The translations under genes were made by a program, and so were the position numbers. Below, in pieces: positions 1 to 13,069 of a stretch of DNA of 64,000 bases. The stretch covers positions 1 to 64,000 of the forward strand of contig JALDZS010000038.1 of the NCBI GenBank assembly GCA_022813965.1. Reading direction: 5' to 3'. The notes below the pieces were generated by a model that worked only from the letters and a program-made list of their open reading frames with translations, made no database searches and was not told the DNA's origin. The DNA is from Toensbergia leucococca (lineage: Eukaryota). The first letter of the stretch is position 1. Each line of letters opens with the position of its first letter.

Positions 1-858
1 GGGATTGCAGATGAATCCTCAGAGGAGCTTGCGGCCCGTATTCAGGAAACCGGCAAGGCGCAGACCGCCATTCATCATCACTAAAAGGCAACCGGTTATA
101 ACTTTTTCCTGTGCTGTGCTCACCCTCCCAGTGAGTTTGCGGCCGCTGATCCAACCGGTCTTGTAAAGACTGTGAGACGATTGGATTTTGCTTTAGTCAC
201 CGAAAAGAAGGAGGCTGGGTAAAGAGAGCTACGGTGCTTTCCAGCTGTTGAACGTTGTGGCGTCTGGCATGATCATCGCCTCGTGCATTTTGACAATTAT
301 AAGAAACATAACCCTGGTATTCTATATGGTTGATCCCTCAACTGTATTGACAAGTGGTGGCCAGAATATATTCCAATTGTATTTCACTTCCTACGAGAGC
401 ATCATCTCTTCACTGAATTCAAAGCTGATTTTCAAGACCCGCGAGTCATCACTGACTTCTAGCTACTTTCTCTTGGTTGGTTTCGTTACCTCAATCAATG
501 ATATCAGAAGCTCATTCCAAAAGCTAGATCTAAGGACTTGAACAAGAAAAGCTACTTCAATGGGGCAAACTCAACCAGGATATCAAAGCAAATCAACTTA
601 CCTAAATCAAGGAGTTCTTATTAGACTTTTGAGATATCCTCACGTGGCTGCCAACACGGTTATGAAGACATTATTTCTATGGTCAGTCCTTCATACTCTT
701 AAATTTGCTACACTGCTGACACACTTCATTGAAAGGTGACAAACCTACGGACTTGCTAGAAAGAGAAACGAAAGATCTTCATCTAAGCGTTGATGCTTGC
801 AAGAGAGAGCGGCCTACTTATCAGGTCCGCAAGCCTAGCAGAGTTAGGAAGCGTTAAG
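1..858 (+). pseudogene. Possible 3' part of a pseudogene, product unknown
   Basis: Frame 1 reads protein-like (…CIDKWWPEYIPIVFHFLREHHLF…) with 8 internal stops, then a GTCAGT…GCTGAC…AAG intron (~682-735) and a short last exon. Stop density is near random expectation, so support rests mainly on the intron. Confidence 0.3.
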
Positions 859-1875
859 CATTTACAAGCATATGAATAAGATTGATATTGTCTTAACATT
901 ATTGATTATCATATTGAAAAGAGTGTAAATAGTCAAAGGTACTTTCAGAAAGACATTAGTTGATAGTCATGAATCATGATGCTTTTACGCAAATCCTGAC
1001 TCAAAAGGCAGCAAAGTTCTAATCAGGGAAAGAATAGCGCTACTCAAGGATCAAGCGTGCTCTTGTGCAAACAGCACTTTCTTCTGTGACTCATGTCAAA
1101 GACAAACTCATTGAGGTTGAAAGAGATATAAATGTGTGTATAAGTCTGATGCAATTTCTATATATCTTCTTCATCAATCATGCTTTCATCAAATCAAGTA
1201 TCATTAATTGTTTCTTCATCACTTTCTTATCTTTATTGTTTCTTCACGACAAATCAATCTTTCTTAACAATTGCAGATCTTTAAATAATCCTTTCTCTGA
1301 AGCATCAATCTACATGGCGCCCTGAAGAAGGGAAGGAAACTAATAGAGGATAGCCTTATCAACTACCCCGTTCTACGGGAAAGAATCCTTACCCATGGAG
1401 ACGTCACAGAATACAATTCGTGGATGGCGAAGAACGATCCGGGTGAGATTTTATTCAATGACGGTGATGTGCACAATTCTTTATGAGTATACTTTCAGAT
1501 CCACGTCGCCACGTTCCTCCCACGCTCCCTTAGGTCTATTGTACGTTGCCTTGCTCCGAACCGTGGATCCACCAAGCCTCAGATTTTCTCACGACCTACG
1601 GGAACCTCTTGGCGAGGACACGCAGCCATGGTTCGCGGATCCAGAACCTCGCGGTTTGCGGTGGAATATGGGTTACACCAACGTGGGCGTTGCCTTTTTC
1701 TTTTCGTTGAGGGGAGGTTGTCACGAAGTGTGATACTTTCTTCAGAACTTGAGAAATTCTTTTTAAGTCCTCATCATCCTTCTCACACAATCACATTCCC
1801 ATTCAGCTCTTTCTCCACTCTGTTGAACTTCTCTTCTTATATTTGCCCGGTCAGCTCTGAGAGGTTCCTCAGTGA

Positions 1876-2368
1876 GCTCTTATAAGCCTATCACTTTCTG
1901 CCGAGCCCTCAGAGCCGCTATTGAAATCGTTGTGTCTTAGATGTGCAAAAAGCCTAGACACTATTAATGAAACTTGTGGAAAGCTTGAGTACACAAAGTG
2001 CTCTCACTGTGTGCAAGGTCATAAGTTCTGCGAGGCCGTGAGTGAAACACCTCAGAAACGCCATCCTTTCTCTAACTGAGCAATAGATTCCCCCTGCTTT
2101 CATTCCTGACGTCAATGACTTGATAAGAGTCTGTAGGCGCTGGCTAGAAGCAGCAGATGGGTCAGTAGATGAGGATGATGCCCGTCAAGACTTGATAGAG
2201 GGTGTCTGTATCTTTACCCGTGTCATTCAAGCCTACCTCATTGACAGGGTAAGACTCAGAGGGCACAAGAGATCAACCAGCTGAGTTGAAATCAGCTTAT
2301 TACAACTGAAGAAAATGAGGAAGGGCCGTGAGGTACAAGAACACCTCATGAATACCTTGAGGTGGAAC
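1876..2368 (+). pseudogene. Zn2Cys6-like cluster protein pseudogene
   Basis: CLRCAKSLDTINETCGKLEYTKCSHCVQGHKFC (Cx2Cx10Cx7Cx2Cx6C). Canonical intron 2038-2086 (GTGAGT…CTAAC…TAG). Exon 2 stays in frame with one TGA at 2282; a second GTGAGT donor is at 2369. No start codon found. Confidence 0.6.
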
Positions 2369-5300
2369 GTGAGTCCTATCCTTACGCTTATGCTTTGATA
2401 GCGTTAACATGATGTATCATAATTGAACCTCCCGACATTGACTAGCACGGTCCTCAATGTCGCAGCGGCAGGAACGGAGCGAGCCCTTGCTCGCATAGTC
2501 TGAGATACACATCCCTCAAACTCCATGGTGTACCCGCATGCTGTCAACAGAGTTCCCGAAATCAAATATCACCTCCCGCGCCGCCTCACAACTCCCCGCC
2601 CGTCCTCACACCGCTATCCGTGGGACACACGATAGTGATGACGACGTTGATGAGGGAATCTCCTCTCATTCGATGAGATGAGCACTGATGAGGAAGGAGG
2701 AGAGGAATCCTCGTCACTAAGAGCTCAACTCAGCTCTAGATCCCTCCGCACCATTCAATGTCCACTAACAAGCTGCAGAACCATTGAGCTGCCCAGCACA
2801 TTAAGTGCCCTAATCACAGCAACCTTTACGCAGCAAAGCTCACTGAGTGACCTCAAGTGATAGGGGTGACTGATCTATCATCACGTTACTGTCAAGTCAA
2901 CTAATCCTTCTTCAAATCACTTCACCTTTCCCCTTCCTCAATTCCACCGCGTCAACGATTGACCTCTCCAGACCCGACACGCCGGATTTTGACAAGCCAG
3001 TCAGTCCTGAGGGCTCGACCAGCAGGCCATAAAGCGCTCCTTCGAAAAGATCACCTCCATACGTAGAAAAGCAGATTCGCCAAGGGCCAAAGGAGTTCCG
3101 AAGTGAGAAAGAGTAATTAGTTGCTGTTATTGATCTCTTTTGAAGGGCTTTGAATAGGACTAAAGCAATGAGCAAATTGAAACATACAGGGAGATCAAAC
3201 CTTTCCTCAAGAGACATTTAAGATGAAGTACAGATCACAGGAAAATGTAATGGTAGTGGTTGCAACACTTCTGGGATGTACCACCCCATAGCAACATAAT
3301 CATAGAAAACATGTCTACATCAAGAAGGAATCATCGTCAAAGGGCCAGAAACTACCAATTATCATCCAATTCGGGCACCCGGCAGGAGCACCATGAGAAC
3401 GTCTAAGATACTGCAGCAAGCCCTTCAAGGGCCGCCAAAGCTATCGCGGGAAACTTTCCAATGACTGCCAAACATGCTTCCATTGCGACGCTGTTGAGTA
3501 TGTGTAAGACAATCAGGAATACGATAAAGTCATTCAATCAATCGCAGAAGATATTTCAATCACCCAGCATGGGTCAATCAATGATATATTTTCTTGCGCG
3601 TTTGAATTTTTATCACCTCCAGAACCCGAATTCTCATTACCAAAGATTGAAAGAGACAGTAAAAAGGTGACTTAAGGTCTCAATGTGAAACAGGACTCTG
3701 ATAAAAATAATGCTTGAGGCGGTGAAATTTGAAGAGGGTCAAGTCAATTCTGTTGCAAGAGAAAATACCCCTGAGTCCTGAGAATACGAGTGTTGCTTTA
3801 GACAGGGTGAAAAGGGGATGATAATTACAAGCAGAAAGGGCCGCGAAATCCACAGAACCTACCCTATTGGGTCTACAGTTCGCATGTTCGACGCCCAACA
3901 TGGATAACTTTTACACGTTCTTTTGATCCACGTACAACGTTCAGTGCTTCTCTACGTATGGCAATGTGTGGATGGATATCAGGGACATACCTATAATGCT
4001 GAGCTGGGAGGTACCATATCAAGAGTCAGCAATTCCATTTCTCAGGACCTCAAGATCTCACAAGAAAACAGCCACAGCAAGGGAATGAAGGTGAAGAATC
4101 GAATAATGGCGACGAAAAATGGAACCGTACTAGCCAAGCTAGCATTGCTGTCTCGCGGATTAAAAGATCCCAAATCTTTAACCGGGATACAAAACCTACG
4201 TCAACCAAGTCTTGCGAGTCATTTGTCAGTCTAGTCGCCGTTACTCGGACTGAAAATCATCAACAAAATCTTAGCTGTGCATACTGACTTAGTAGGGCGT
4301 CGCGACATATCAGAGAAGTACCTAGAGAAATGCCCAGCTACGTCTGTCAAGATATTCAATCATGATAAGGATGGCGCTTTTGGCGAACATTTTCTAGCCA
4401 GAATATAAAGAATCAGCTCACATCCTATTCAATTCAGGTGACGATTTCTCATTCGGCGAACTGAAGAAAGAGACCATGAAATAGACATGTGTCCTCCCTT
4501 TCTGCAGGTCTCCTGTCTGAGCGGGGCGGTTCTTGAAAGTGGGTGACGTGAAGGGTGAAGTGCATAAGTGGGAAAGAAGTCGTGAAAGCTTGGCTCATAG
4601 AATTTTTGAATTTCTCCTATTTACCTCTGAAACTCCTCTGGAACAAAAATGATGCCTACCATTTCTAATGACCACAGGGCAATCCTCAAGAGTTCATCAG
4701 AAGTCATACTCTCAATACATGTCAAACCCGCAATAGAATTGAAGAGATACATTGAAATGAAAATCTCTGACAAGTGACAACGGACGTGAAGAGCCTGTTC
4801 CCTGAAAAGTTCTACTCACAGTTTACAACATCATACCTACGCGGGAAAATTTCAAATGAAGGCTTCAAAAAAATACGTGAACGCTCACGCAACGAACGGG
4901 AACCGAAGGAGACCCTCAATACATCAGGCTTGACACAATTCACTTCCCTAGGGTCTCACTCTCTCAAGGCCGGTCACGGCGGTAATTCGTCGCTGGTCAG
5001 GCAACCCTCCCCGCCGGTCCACTGTTTTAAACCCTCAGATGGGCTCCTTCAGGCAGACTTAACATTCATTGACGCTTAATGCAACGGCATTCAGGCTCCG
5101 GCCCCTGCACCAACGCCTTCTCCGCCTTTCCTTTTATAGGAGACAGAAGCTTGCCTAGCCGCCGATTCAGAGCTGATGTTCTTGTTGAGTGCCATTCAAT
5201 GTCAACATAGACCCTGATGTAAAAATAAAAGTTGTGTTTGAAGATGATAATAAGAGCGCATCAGCGACACCTACACCTAGCAAATGATGAGAAAAAGTGA

Positions 5301-5738
5301 TGAGAAGAAAATGTAAAGCACTGAACGAATATTCATCAAACTCACATACACTTCGCAAATGTCGTCACATGGAAGGCTTGAATTCATTTGAGAGACAATG
5401 GGAGAAAGCGGTTGCTGCTGATAGGCAAAAAAATTGCAGAAGATCAATGAATACCAGCAGACCAGTGATAGTGAGAAGCTGAGAATAATGAAAGGGGTTG
5501 AGCATGAGATGAATGCAATCCGGTTTAGACTTCCTCAAATAGAAAACTTTTGTCTCGATGTTTCAAAGTTTAACAGGGAGCATCAACATCAAATCAAAAA
5601 GAACACATGAATTGAAAAACACCTGAAAACTAAATTTTTCATAATTAGCAACATGTTTCATTCATGATTTTGTTTTTTTCACTTCTTTCTTTGCTTCTCT
5701 CTGTATCACAAAGCAAAAAACATGCAATCCTTACTGAC

Positions 5739-5920
5739 TGTCAGGGATATTCCGCTATGGGGTTGATATCTCTGATATTTAGTATGGTGATGAGTTGGGA
5801 ATCTAAGCTACGGGGATGGAATCCCAATATCTATGTGTGCGCGGGCCTAAGCGAGGCGCTAGGCCCGATCTGTCAAAGCATCACGGTGCCCATGTGTAGG
5901 ATTCAGGATAATCCGTAACA
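5739..5920. mobile_element. Solo LTR (182 bp) with 5-bp target-site duplication
   Basis: Begins TGTCAGGGATATTCC and ends GGATAATCCGTAACA (TG…CA, imperfect terminal inverted repeat). Flanked by direct repeat CTGAC at 5734-5738 and 5921-5925. Confidence 0.75.
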
Positions 5921-6868
5921 CTGACAAAATGTCTACGGTTACGGCAACCATAGAGGCAGAGGTTTCATCAATCATAGAGTCAAAGGATGTGTTTCCTGCT
6001 GTTGAACTCATCTATGAGCCTTGCGCTCAATGAGATCTCATTTCCTTTCATACATACTCAACATCAACCATCATCTCTTCACATTTATATTAAATGTTTC
6101 AACGGTCCTTACTACACATGTCCTTGCTAACAGGACTTGAGGCTGAACAATATTCTTTACATCATTGATGACGATAATTCAGCATGAAAAGATCTCAACA
6201 ATATAGATGGTGATGACTCTCAGATTCAGGTGCAGGGATGACTGAATGATCAAGTTGATAAAGAGACACTGATAGAATCTCTATCAGTAAGCACTTTCAA
6301 GATCATTATCAGATCATATCATTCAGGAATGCGGTTCAGAGACTACAGTGATATGATATATGATAAGATTTTAGATAACTTGAATGCGTGTCGTAAAGAT
6401 GATCAATACACCATTTTTTGGACTTTAAAAGCGTAAGGTCCCTGATCAACGCTGAGATGATAAATCATCCTGAAGCTGAGTTCGTCCTAGGAGTCCCACA
6501 CACTTCGATAACTCGCCTGAATCATTCAGGTCCAAGGAAAACATCTCTGATCACTCTTTTCCAACTTACATCTACTTTTCACTCCCCCCCGTCTGTATGC
6601 TTCAGCTCCCACTGTTTTGATATCAAAAGAATTGAGTCCTTTCCGTCGGATCCTCAAAATCAGCTCAGATTCAGGGTCTCACACGATAATGACAGATCTG
6701 ATCCTTCTTTCTACGAGTCTCAACCTAAGAGCACGTACAGGCTTTCAACAAAACATTCACACCCAGCCTTTTTTTTTCTCCCTGGTACCATAATCGGTAA
6801 TTACAGTGATGGCATTGATTACGTGAAGTGACTCGTTCAGAGAAACAACAAGAAAAGCTGAAAGGCCT

Positions 6869-7170
6869 TTGGTTGGCTCAAGAATGTCTGGCATGGCGAC
6901 AGAAATGGCAAGCTGCGCCAAGGCAAACACACCTGGCTCAACTGTTCTATGGAAAGGTCTATCACTAGCTCATACCGTTGGTCTGTTCAACCTTGACAAT
7001 ACTGTACTGGACTTTACAACCATCGTAAGCAATCCTCCATCTGATTTCAGCATTGGCGGAGGATATTACTGGGTGCTAGACAAAGAGATCGCAATACGTT
7101 ATGTCAAGTGGGCTAAGAACAAGAGTGATGTTGGTGAGTGTGTCATACTCCGTCTTGAGATACCGAACCT
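6869..7170 (+). pseudogene. Truncated DUF3990/ADP-ribosyltransferase-like remnant
   Basis: TVLWKG…SNPPSDFSIGGGYYWVLDKEIAIRYVKWAK…VILRLEIPN resembles the LYHG…DFGxGFYxT…A..WA pattern. Resemblance ends abruptly after IPN. Confidence 0.4.
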
Positions 7171-10100
7171 TAAGAGGAAAATCAAAACAGCTATGAGCAG
7201 CAGCTTAGAAAAATCAATCAGAGTATCCCTCGTTGTGCCTGAAGATGAGGTGCACAAGCAGAACAAGTCAAGCGGTCGAAGCAAGGCAAAAAGGAGAGGA
7301 GAGCGTCTCCTTAAGAGACATTTTGCGAGAGACCTTAACCTTGTCGTAGTAGGTCTAGTAATGTGAGTGTTCAATGGCATCTTCTAATCTCTGCTAATCT
7401 GTTGTAATAGCATAAACCCCCCTCAAGAGATGACGGCCGCATATAAATCACAAGTCAGCTTGAAAGTACTAAAATTCCCATGAGTGGAAAAGGACTCAAT
7501 CCCTCCTCCCGTGAACACAAATGGTCGGGACAGATTAGTGTGTGATTCAAGGTGAACGATGTAAAAGCTGCCAGATGACTTAGTCAAGAATAAATACAAT
7601 AAATCTCACCTTTCACGGATGTTAGCCAGCTTATGAGTTATCTTGAGTCTATTCACTCAAAGGCACAACGCCACCACGAAGGAACTCCAATTACGGTCAA
7701 AGTCTATTCATCAACCGTCAGTCTCTCACATCTTGTCTTGCATTCGCCACCTTCGGTGTCAGTGCCTCATGAGAGGAGCTTCTTTTCGCGGATGTGACGG
7801 GTGATGAAAAAGTGTGAATATCTCATTTCAACCCAGAACTTGAAGCGGTGAATGTGTGCGTACATCAACCAAGGTACTGATGGTGTGAGACTAGCAGGTG
7901 ATGGAGCTAGGTGCGCTGATGTAACTGAAGACGGTCTTGTGCATTACCTTTGGCTTGAGGAAAATGGAGCAGTATACGAACTCATATCATTAAGCAAGAG
8001 ATCGTATCATTAAGAAAGAGACAACTATTGCTCCCATATCTAAACAACACATACGCCTTTCCCATCTCAAACCCCTATTCTACCTCCCTCATCTTTGCTT
8101 TTAGTGAGCTAGAAATCGAATTCAAAACACACATCAAATCAGACCTCATGTCCTGAGCCACGAACCCATCTATCTTGAGCCTCAGGCACAAGATACAGTT
8201 CAAAAGAATGAAGGTGCCATCAATAACCAATCAACCTGAGCAGACAACCCTTTTTGAGAAGGTGGTGCTGATCAGAACCCTCAGCTTCGGCGAAGCCACG
8301 GCATAAACAGCGAGAAGTTGTAGATACGCTGCATACGAACCCATCAAAAAATCCTGAACGTCCAAAAACCGAGTCTGTTCTTTTATACAAATTCTTCACC
8401 TTGATATGGAGTCTTACAGACATTCAAATTAAATTGCAAGTGCTGAAGAATACAACCCAACTCACTACAACAACAATTCTTCGATTCAGAGCCGAATTGT
8501 TTCGCAGTTGGAAAGACTCCTTCAAAAGATGTAACGGAGGAACATCTCACCCAAGTACAATTCCCCTCAACACCAAATACTGCATGATCCCCCAGTGCCC
8601 TATTCCCCCAAGGCAGGACATCGTCATCTATGGCAGCCGCCAGGAAGGATGGTAGCCAGGTCCCCAACAAAATCCTGCAGCGACCTGCTGGCATTAGGAA
8701 GAACAAGCCTAGTTCATACAATCCGCCTCAGTTGCCTCAGAATCACAACCCATCAAACCATGGGAGTCAAATACTCAAATTGAATCCTAGCATCCCACAA
8801 CCCGCATCCCTCACTTCAATCTTGAATATACAACCCGTCAACATCAAAGATCTCAGCATCTTTTCGATGCCCAGACGAATGCGGGGTGCCTTTGCTACTC
8901 AACCAACAACACCCGCAATGAAGAGCGTCCCACGATGCTGAGTCTGTCACAAAGCCAGCAAGTTGCAGGAATAATACCTTGCGGCAGGGCTACGAAGAAA
9001 TGGAATACGCTAACAAAGGAATGGAGATATGTGACCATGGGCGGTAGAAATTAGATGGCAGATAGAGACCACCAAGCCAACAGACCAACATGCGGAGGAC
9101 CAGAGAAAAAAAGGAGGCAAGGATTGGAAATTGGATACAGAGCTGGCGTAGGCGAACAGGAAGGGCAAAAAGCCTGTGGAACGAGGAAGAAAGTCAGAGC
9201 CTTAACCCTATCCACTCATGAATCCAATTCACCGAACCTAGAAATTGGCAATCGGGACACCTCGTCAATTCCAAGAAAATGCAGCAATCACACCAGATCC
9301 AAACCTCGAAACCAGCCCTGACCCAGTTACTCCAAACAGCCAGAATACCCAAGGAGGCGAAATGATAATCCGGGTTCTCAGATCCAGTATCGGAGAATGA
9401 GCTGGCATACAACCTTTCTAGAGAGATCGCTAAGCCGTGTCCCCAGGGATCCAAACCCAGAAGAAAGAAAGAACCATCTCCCCCGCGCCAGCAACAGAAA
9501 ACAACCCCCTCCAAAAACATCTCTTACCCTAGAAACATGAATTGTTTGGGGGTCAATTGAACTACCCACAAGAAAACCTTCAAACAAACTCAAGCTCCAG
9601 CTCCAAAATCCCAACTCCCAACCCACCAACTACAACAGCAGAAAAAAACATCAACGACATCAATCCCATCATCAATGTTTAATTCTGAAGGACAAAAAAC
9701 GACCCCATCACTAGCATTGGCTCATTGAGCAGAAGTATGGAAGCCTACGACCTTAACCCCGGGGGACGTGGGATGGGGCAACAGCAATGAAGCCCAAGGC
9801 GTGGATTGACGCGATTTATGGAGCAAAGGCGTCCGAATTGGGTGGTGGGATTCTTTCGGAACACAAATCTCAGGCCTTAGCGACTTCATTTCCCGACTCA
9901 ATTTGCATTACGTTATCTTGCTACGCACACACAAATTATTCATGGGGGGATGGTTATCCGGCCAATCGCGTCCCAGGAAACGTCATCTGACAAGCAAGAG
10001 AAGCTGTGAAGGTCTCAATAGCATGGTATAAGATTTCAAAATGATCATCCCAGTGATGACAATGCGGTATCAGGTCCAGCTTAAATGACTCTAAGGAAGG

Positions 10101-10558
10101 ATGGCTCTTTGAGAGTGCAGCAGGGGTCATTTGCGTCTGGTAGATTAGATAATTGAATTTATGAGAGATTGAGAGATTTGAAGAATTGGCTGTTCAGAAG
10201 ATTAATGGTTAATGCTTGTAAGGTCTATGCGTAGGTTTGTACTTCACATTACGCTTGTCATACCTACAACCAAAAGAAACATCGTCACTTCAGATCCAAG
10301 TGCTCATTCATATGCGGAACAACTCTTTCAAAAAGGTAAGATTAGATGGGGGAGACACTCAATATATCAATCAGTATATCCGCTAGGGTGGCTATCATAG
10401 AAATCCCACACTCGGAAAAGCAAGCCCAACTCTCCTAAAAAGAGATTCCTAAATTACCAAGGGTCAGCCATATTCCATCAAGGTACTCGCCTCATCCTCT
10501 CTTCATCTTCCCTCGTTTCTCCATCAGCTGAATCTCCAGATGCTCGCACCCCTCGCTT

Positions 10559-10741
10559 CTAATACCTGCTTCTCTCCACCCGCTTAACATTAGCAGCCTT
10601 AGCACGAAGACAGGTCTCACACGAGCCCTTCACGCCGATTTCCTTTTGTTGCACTTGGCAGAGTGGGTAAAGGGAGCACAGGTCAGCTTCTACAACCACG
10701 TGCCCGCATTTTTCGTAGGCGTAGCAGTTTTTGAGGCACAT
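10559..10741 (-). CDS. Small Cys-rich protein (60 aa), putative Zn-binding
   Basis: MC…Y..CGH…C….C…CxxC layout typical of small fungal proteins. AAAAATG start context and an upstream TATATAAA. Confidence 0.6.
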   Translation of the reverse strand: MCLKNCYAYEKCGHVVVEADLCSLYPLCQVQQKEIGVKGSCETCLRAKAANVKRVERSRY

Positions 10742-10820
10742 TTTTCTTGAGTGAGCGTTGGTGGAGGAGCTGGTCGGTGTGAGTATTTGTGGTTTTGTTG
10801 CTTTGATTGTAGGGGTGGAA

Positions 10821-10840
10821 GTGTGTGTGTGTGTGTGTGT
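10821..10840. repeat. (GT)10 microsatellite
   Basis: gtgtgtgtgtgtgtgtgtgt in the likely 5' UTR of the small Cys-rich gene. Confidence 0.95.
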
Positions 10841-10885
10841 GGTTGATGATGGTGGTCTGGGTCAAATGAAGGAGAGAGAATGCCG

Positions 10886-10893
10886 TTTATATA
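10886..10893 (-). promoter_or_regulatory. TATA box candidate
   Basis: TATATAAA on the minus strand about 145 nt upstream of the ATG at 10741, followed by a CT-rich tract. Confidence 0.55.
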
Positions 10894-12037
10894 GATGCTC
10901 GGAGCCTCTGCAAACAAAGAAATAGCGAGCAAGACATTGTTGAGACCATAGCTAGCACTTATTGTTGAACAATGAGGTAGTGTAAGAAGAGAATGAAAAT
11001 CAAAAGAGAAACAATGCCATAGTCCCTTTGTTCGGATTGGGGAGGATTTGGACCTGCACAAAAAACCCTTTCTGAGCCAAGTCCTTGAGAGAAAATGAGT
11101 TGATCGTCCTATAGCTGGTCATTTGATTTCCAGAGCATCAGTAGAGGAAGACCATACAATGCATGAATGAAATTTTCAGTTGGTCCTTTGTAGCAGCGGA
11201 AGTTCATGATTTCTCAGACGTCTAAAGAACGTTCCAGGGCCAAGGCTGGGAGTACATTAGAGGGTTGGACGACAACGGCTAGTACTCATCATATCGTTGA
11301 GTGGAATGAGGTAATTAATGAGGCTGCAAGGCTTGCAAAAGTGGACTGTTTGAGGTTGTTTCGGTAACCATCCGATGCCATCGGACCAATCTACAAAAAG
11401 AGTTGACCAGGCCGCGCGATTTGAAGGTGAGCTGTGCATCTCGTCAGTGTTCGAGAAACCTTCCAAAAGCCATGACACTTTACTTAAGAGCTTGGTATAA
11501 GTCATAGAGAATTTGTTATACACCTCAAGATACAAGAATGTGGGAAAATCGGATTCCAAGAGCTGGATTGTTCGGATGCATTGGGTGTTGCTGGATGACC
11601 AGCGGAGGTGATCTCCCTTATGATGCCGGCTGTTGAGCAGTATTCGAAATGCTTACAGCCCCTTTAAAAGCAATGCCAACACCAGTTTCATTCCAAACAC
11701 CTTCTCAGTACCCCGGACTGTGGGCATGCTTTTGAAGGCACTATAGGCCCAGCGTTCCGAGTGTTTGAACCCGCGGGTGGAACATTTCATAAGATTGTCG
11801 CTCCAAATCCGATCGACAGGTTCCATACATTGTTAATGGTTTTCCAAGGCAATCTAGCATTACTTCTAGATATCGCTCTGTCGTGGAATCCTTGGTCCGT
11901 TCGCCAACGAGCCACTCTTCAAAGCTTTCTCCCAGCAGATAATCGAATTTGGCATTTGGCGAGAGTGAGACACACCATCTTCTGTGCGCTCTATGATCCA
12001 GGGAATTTTTGCACGAAATTATCATCGCACTGATCGT

Positions 12038-12827
12038 TCAGAGTTCTTTAAGCATCCTTCGAGCAAGCTTTCCCTGCTCTTCCAGCCCAAATCCCTCCAA
12101 ATCGGTTTGTTGCAAAGCTCTACCCACAAGAAGCGTCTCTTTCACTCCGCCCGATTTGACCCAGACTTTTCCATTTCTCCCAACCGCAACCTCAAACGGG
12201 ATTTTTTCTGCAATTTCTTCCAGAAGCACAATACCTCCCTCCTCCTTCTGCTTATTCATCAACAACCTTCTCGCCATTCCAATACTGACATCAAACACCA
12301 TCCCGCCCTTCAACTCACCCATACCATCGCTCTTCCCAGTAGCAAGATTGTAGCATACCAACTCAGGGTCGAGATGTTTGGAGGCAGATGATACGCGTGC
12401 ATAGATAAGACTACCGGAGGATAATTGGGGGCGAGTTTTCTTTGTAGCTCCTTCAAAGGCGAGCTGAGGTAGCTGGGCAAAAATGGTGTGAGGAGTTATG
12501 GAGCAGTGGTACAGATCGGTGGAGGAGTGGTGGACGGTTGCAAGGACGATATCATTGGTTTGTGGAATATACTAATGAGGGTTGAGGACTTAGCATGAGA
12601 GGCGAAATAGAAAAGGGGAGTCGTACTCGGCCAGTATTGCTCTCGACCCAAATTGCGTTTTTCTTCTGATCGGTGCATAGAGAACCAGCAACAGTGGGTG
12701 TGATAATAGAGGGCGGGATATGTCGCAAGCCAGGACCCAGTTTCAATGGTACGGAGGGATTGGAGGAGAAAGGTAAGATGTTGGAACCGATTGTCTCGCC
12801 TGGAAGAACCAGTAATTGGGTAGCCAT
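12038..12827 (-). CDS. RRP40: Exosome complex component Rrp40
   Basis: LVLPGE…LKLGPGL…GR|YIPQTNDIV (intron 12626-12572). C-terminal FEVAVGRNGKVWV KH-like motif. Confidence 0.92.
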
Positions 12828-13069
12828 GGCTTCTGACCTCGGATTTTGAAGCCCTGAATGGGCTCGTCATTGAATTGGCGGTTTTCGTCCGTCCCGGAGG
12901 CTTTAGCTTAGGTTGGTGATTCTTGGCCTAGAATAAGGTAGAACAGAATATTCTAGTGCGGCTCTGCGGAAGCGTGCCGCTAGTAAAATTTCTAGATGAT
13001 TGAGAACAATTTTGCGCATAATGCCCAATCGAGCTTGTAGATACACATTTTTTTACTGCCTTGCGCAAA

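Larger units (their letters stand above)
1..10200. mobile_element. Decayed repeat/accessory block (pseudogene and TE remnants)
   Basis: No intact recognisable gene in about 10 kb. Visually rich in TGA/TCA. Protein-like frames are broken by stops, and it contains a solo LTR. The right boundary is approximate. Confidence 0.65.

Noticed and set aside
3240..4990. Transposase remnant (Cys motifs near 3465-3490)
   Set aside because: I could not reconstruct a continuous frame or a DDE/RT/integrase motif. Left inside the generic decayed block.
5842..5867. Helitron 3' hairpin
   Set aside because: No CTRR terminus at the expected distance, and the hairpin lies inside the better-supported solo LTR.
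7169..7316. piggyBac-type insertion between two CTTAAG sites
   Set aside because: No terminal inverted repeats or transposase remnant were found.
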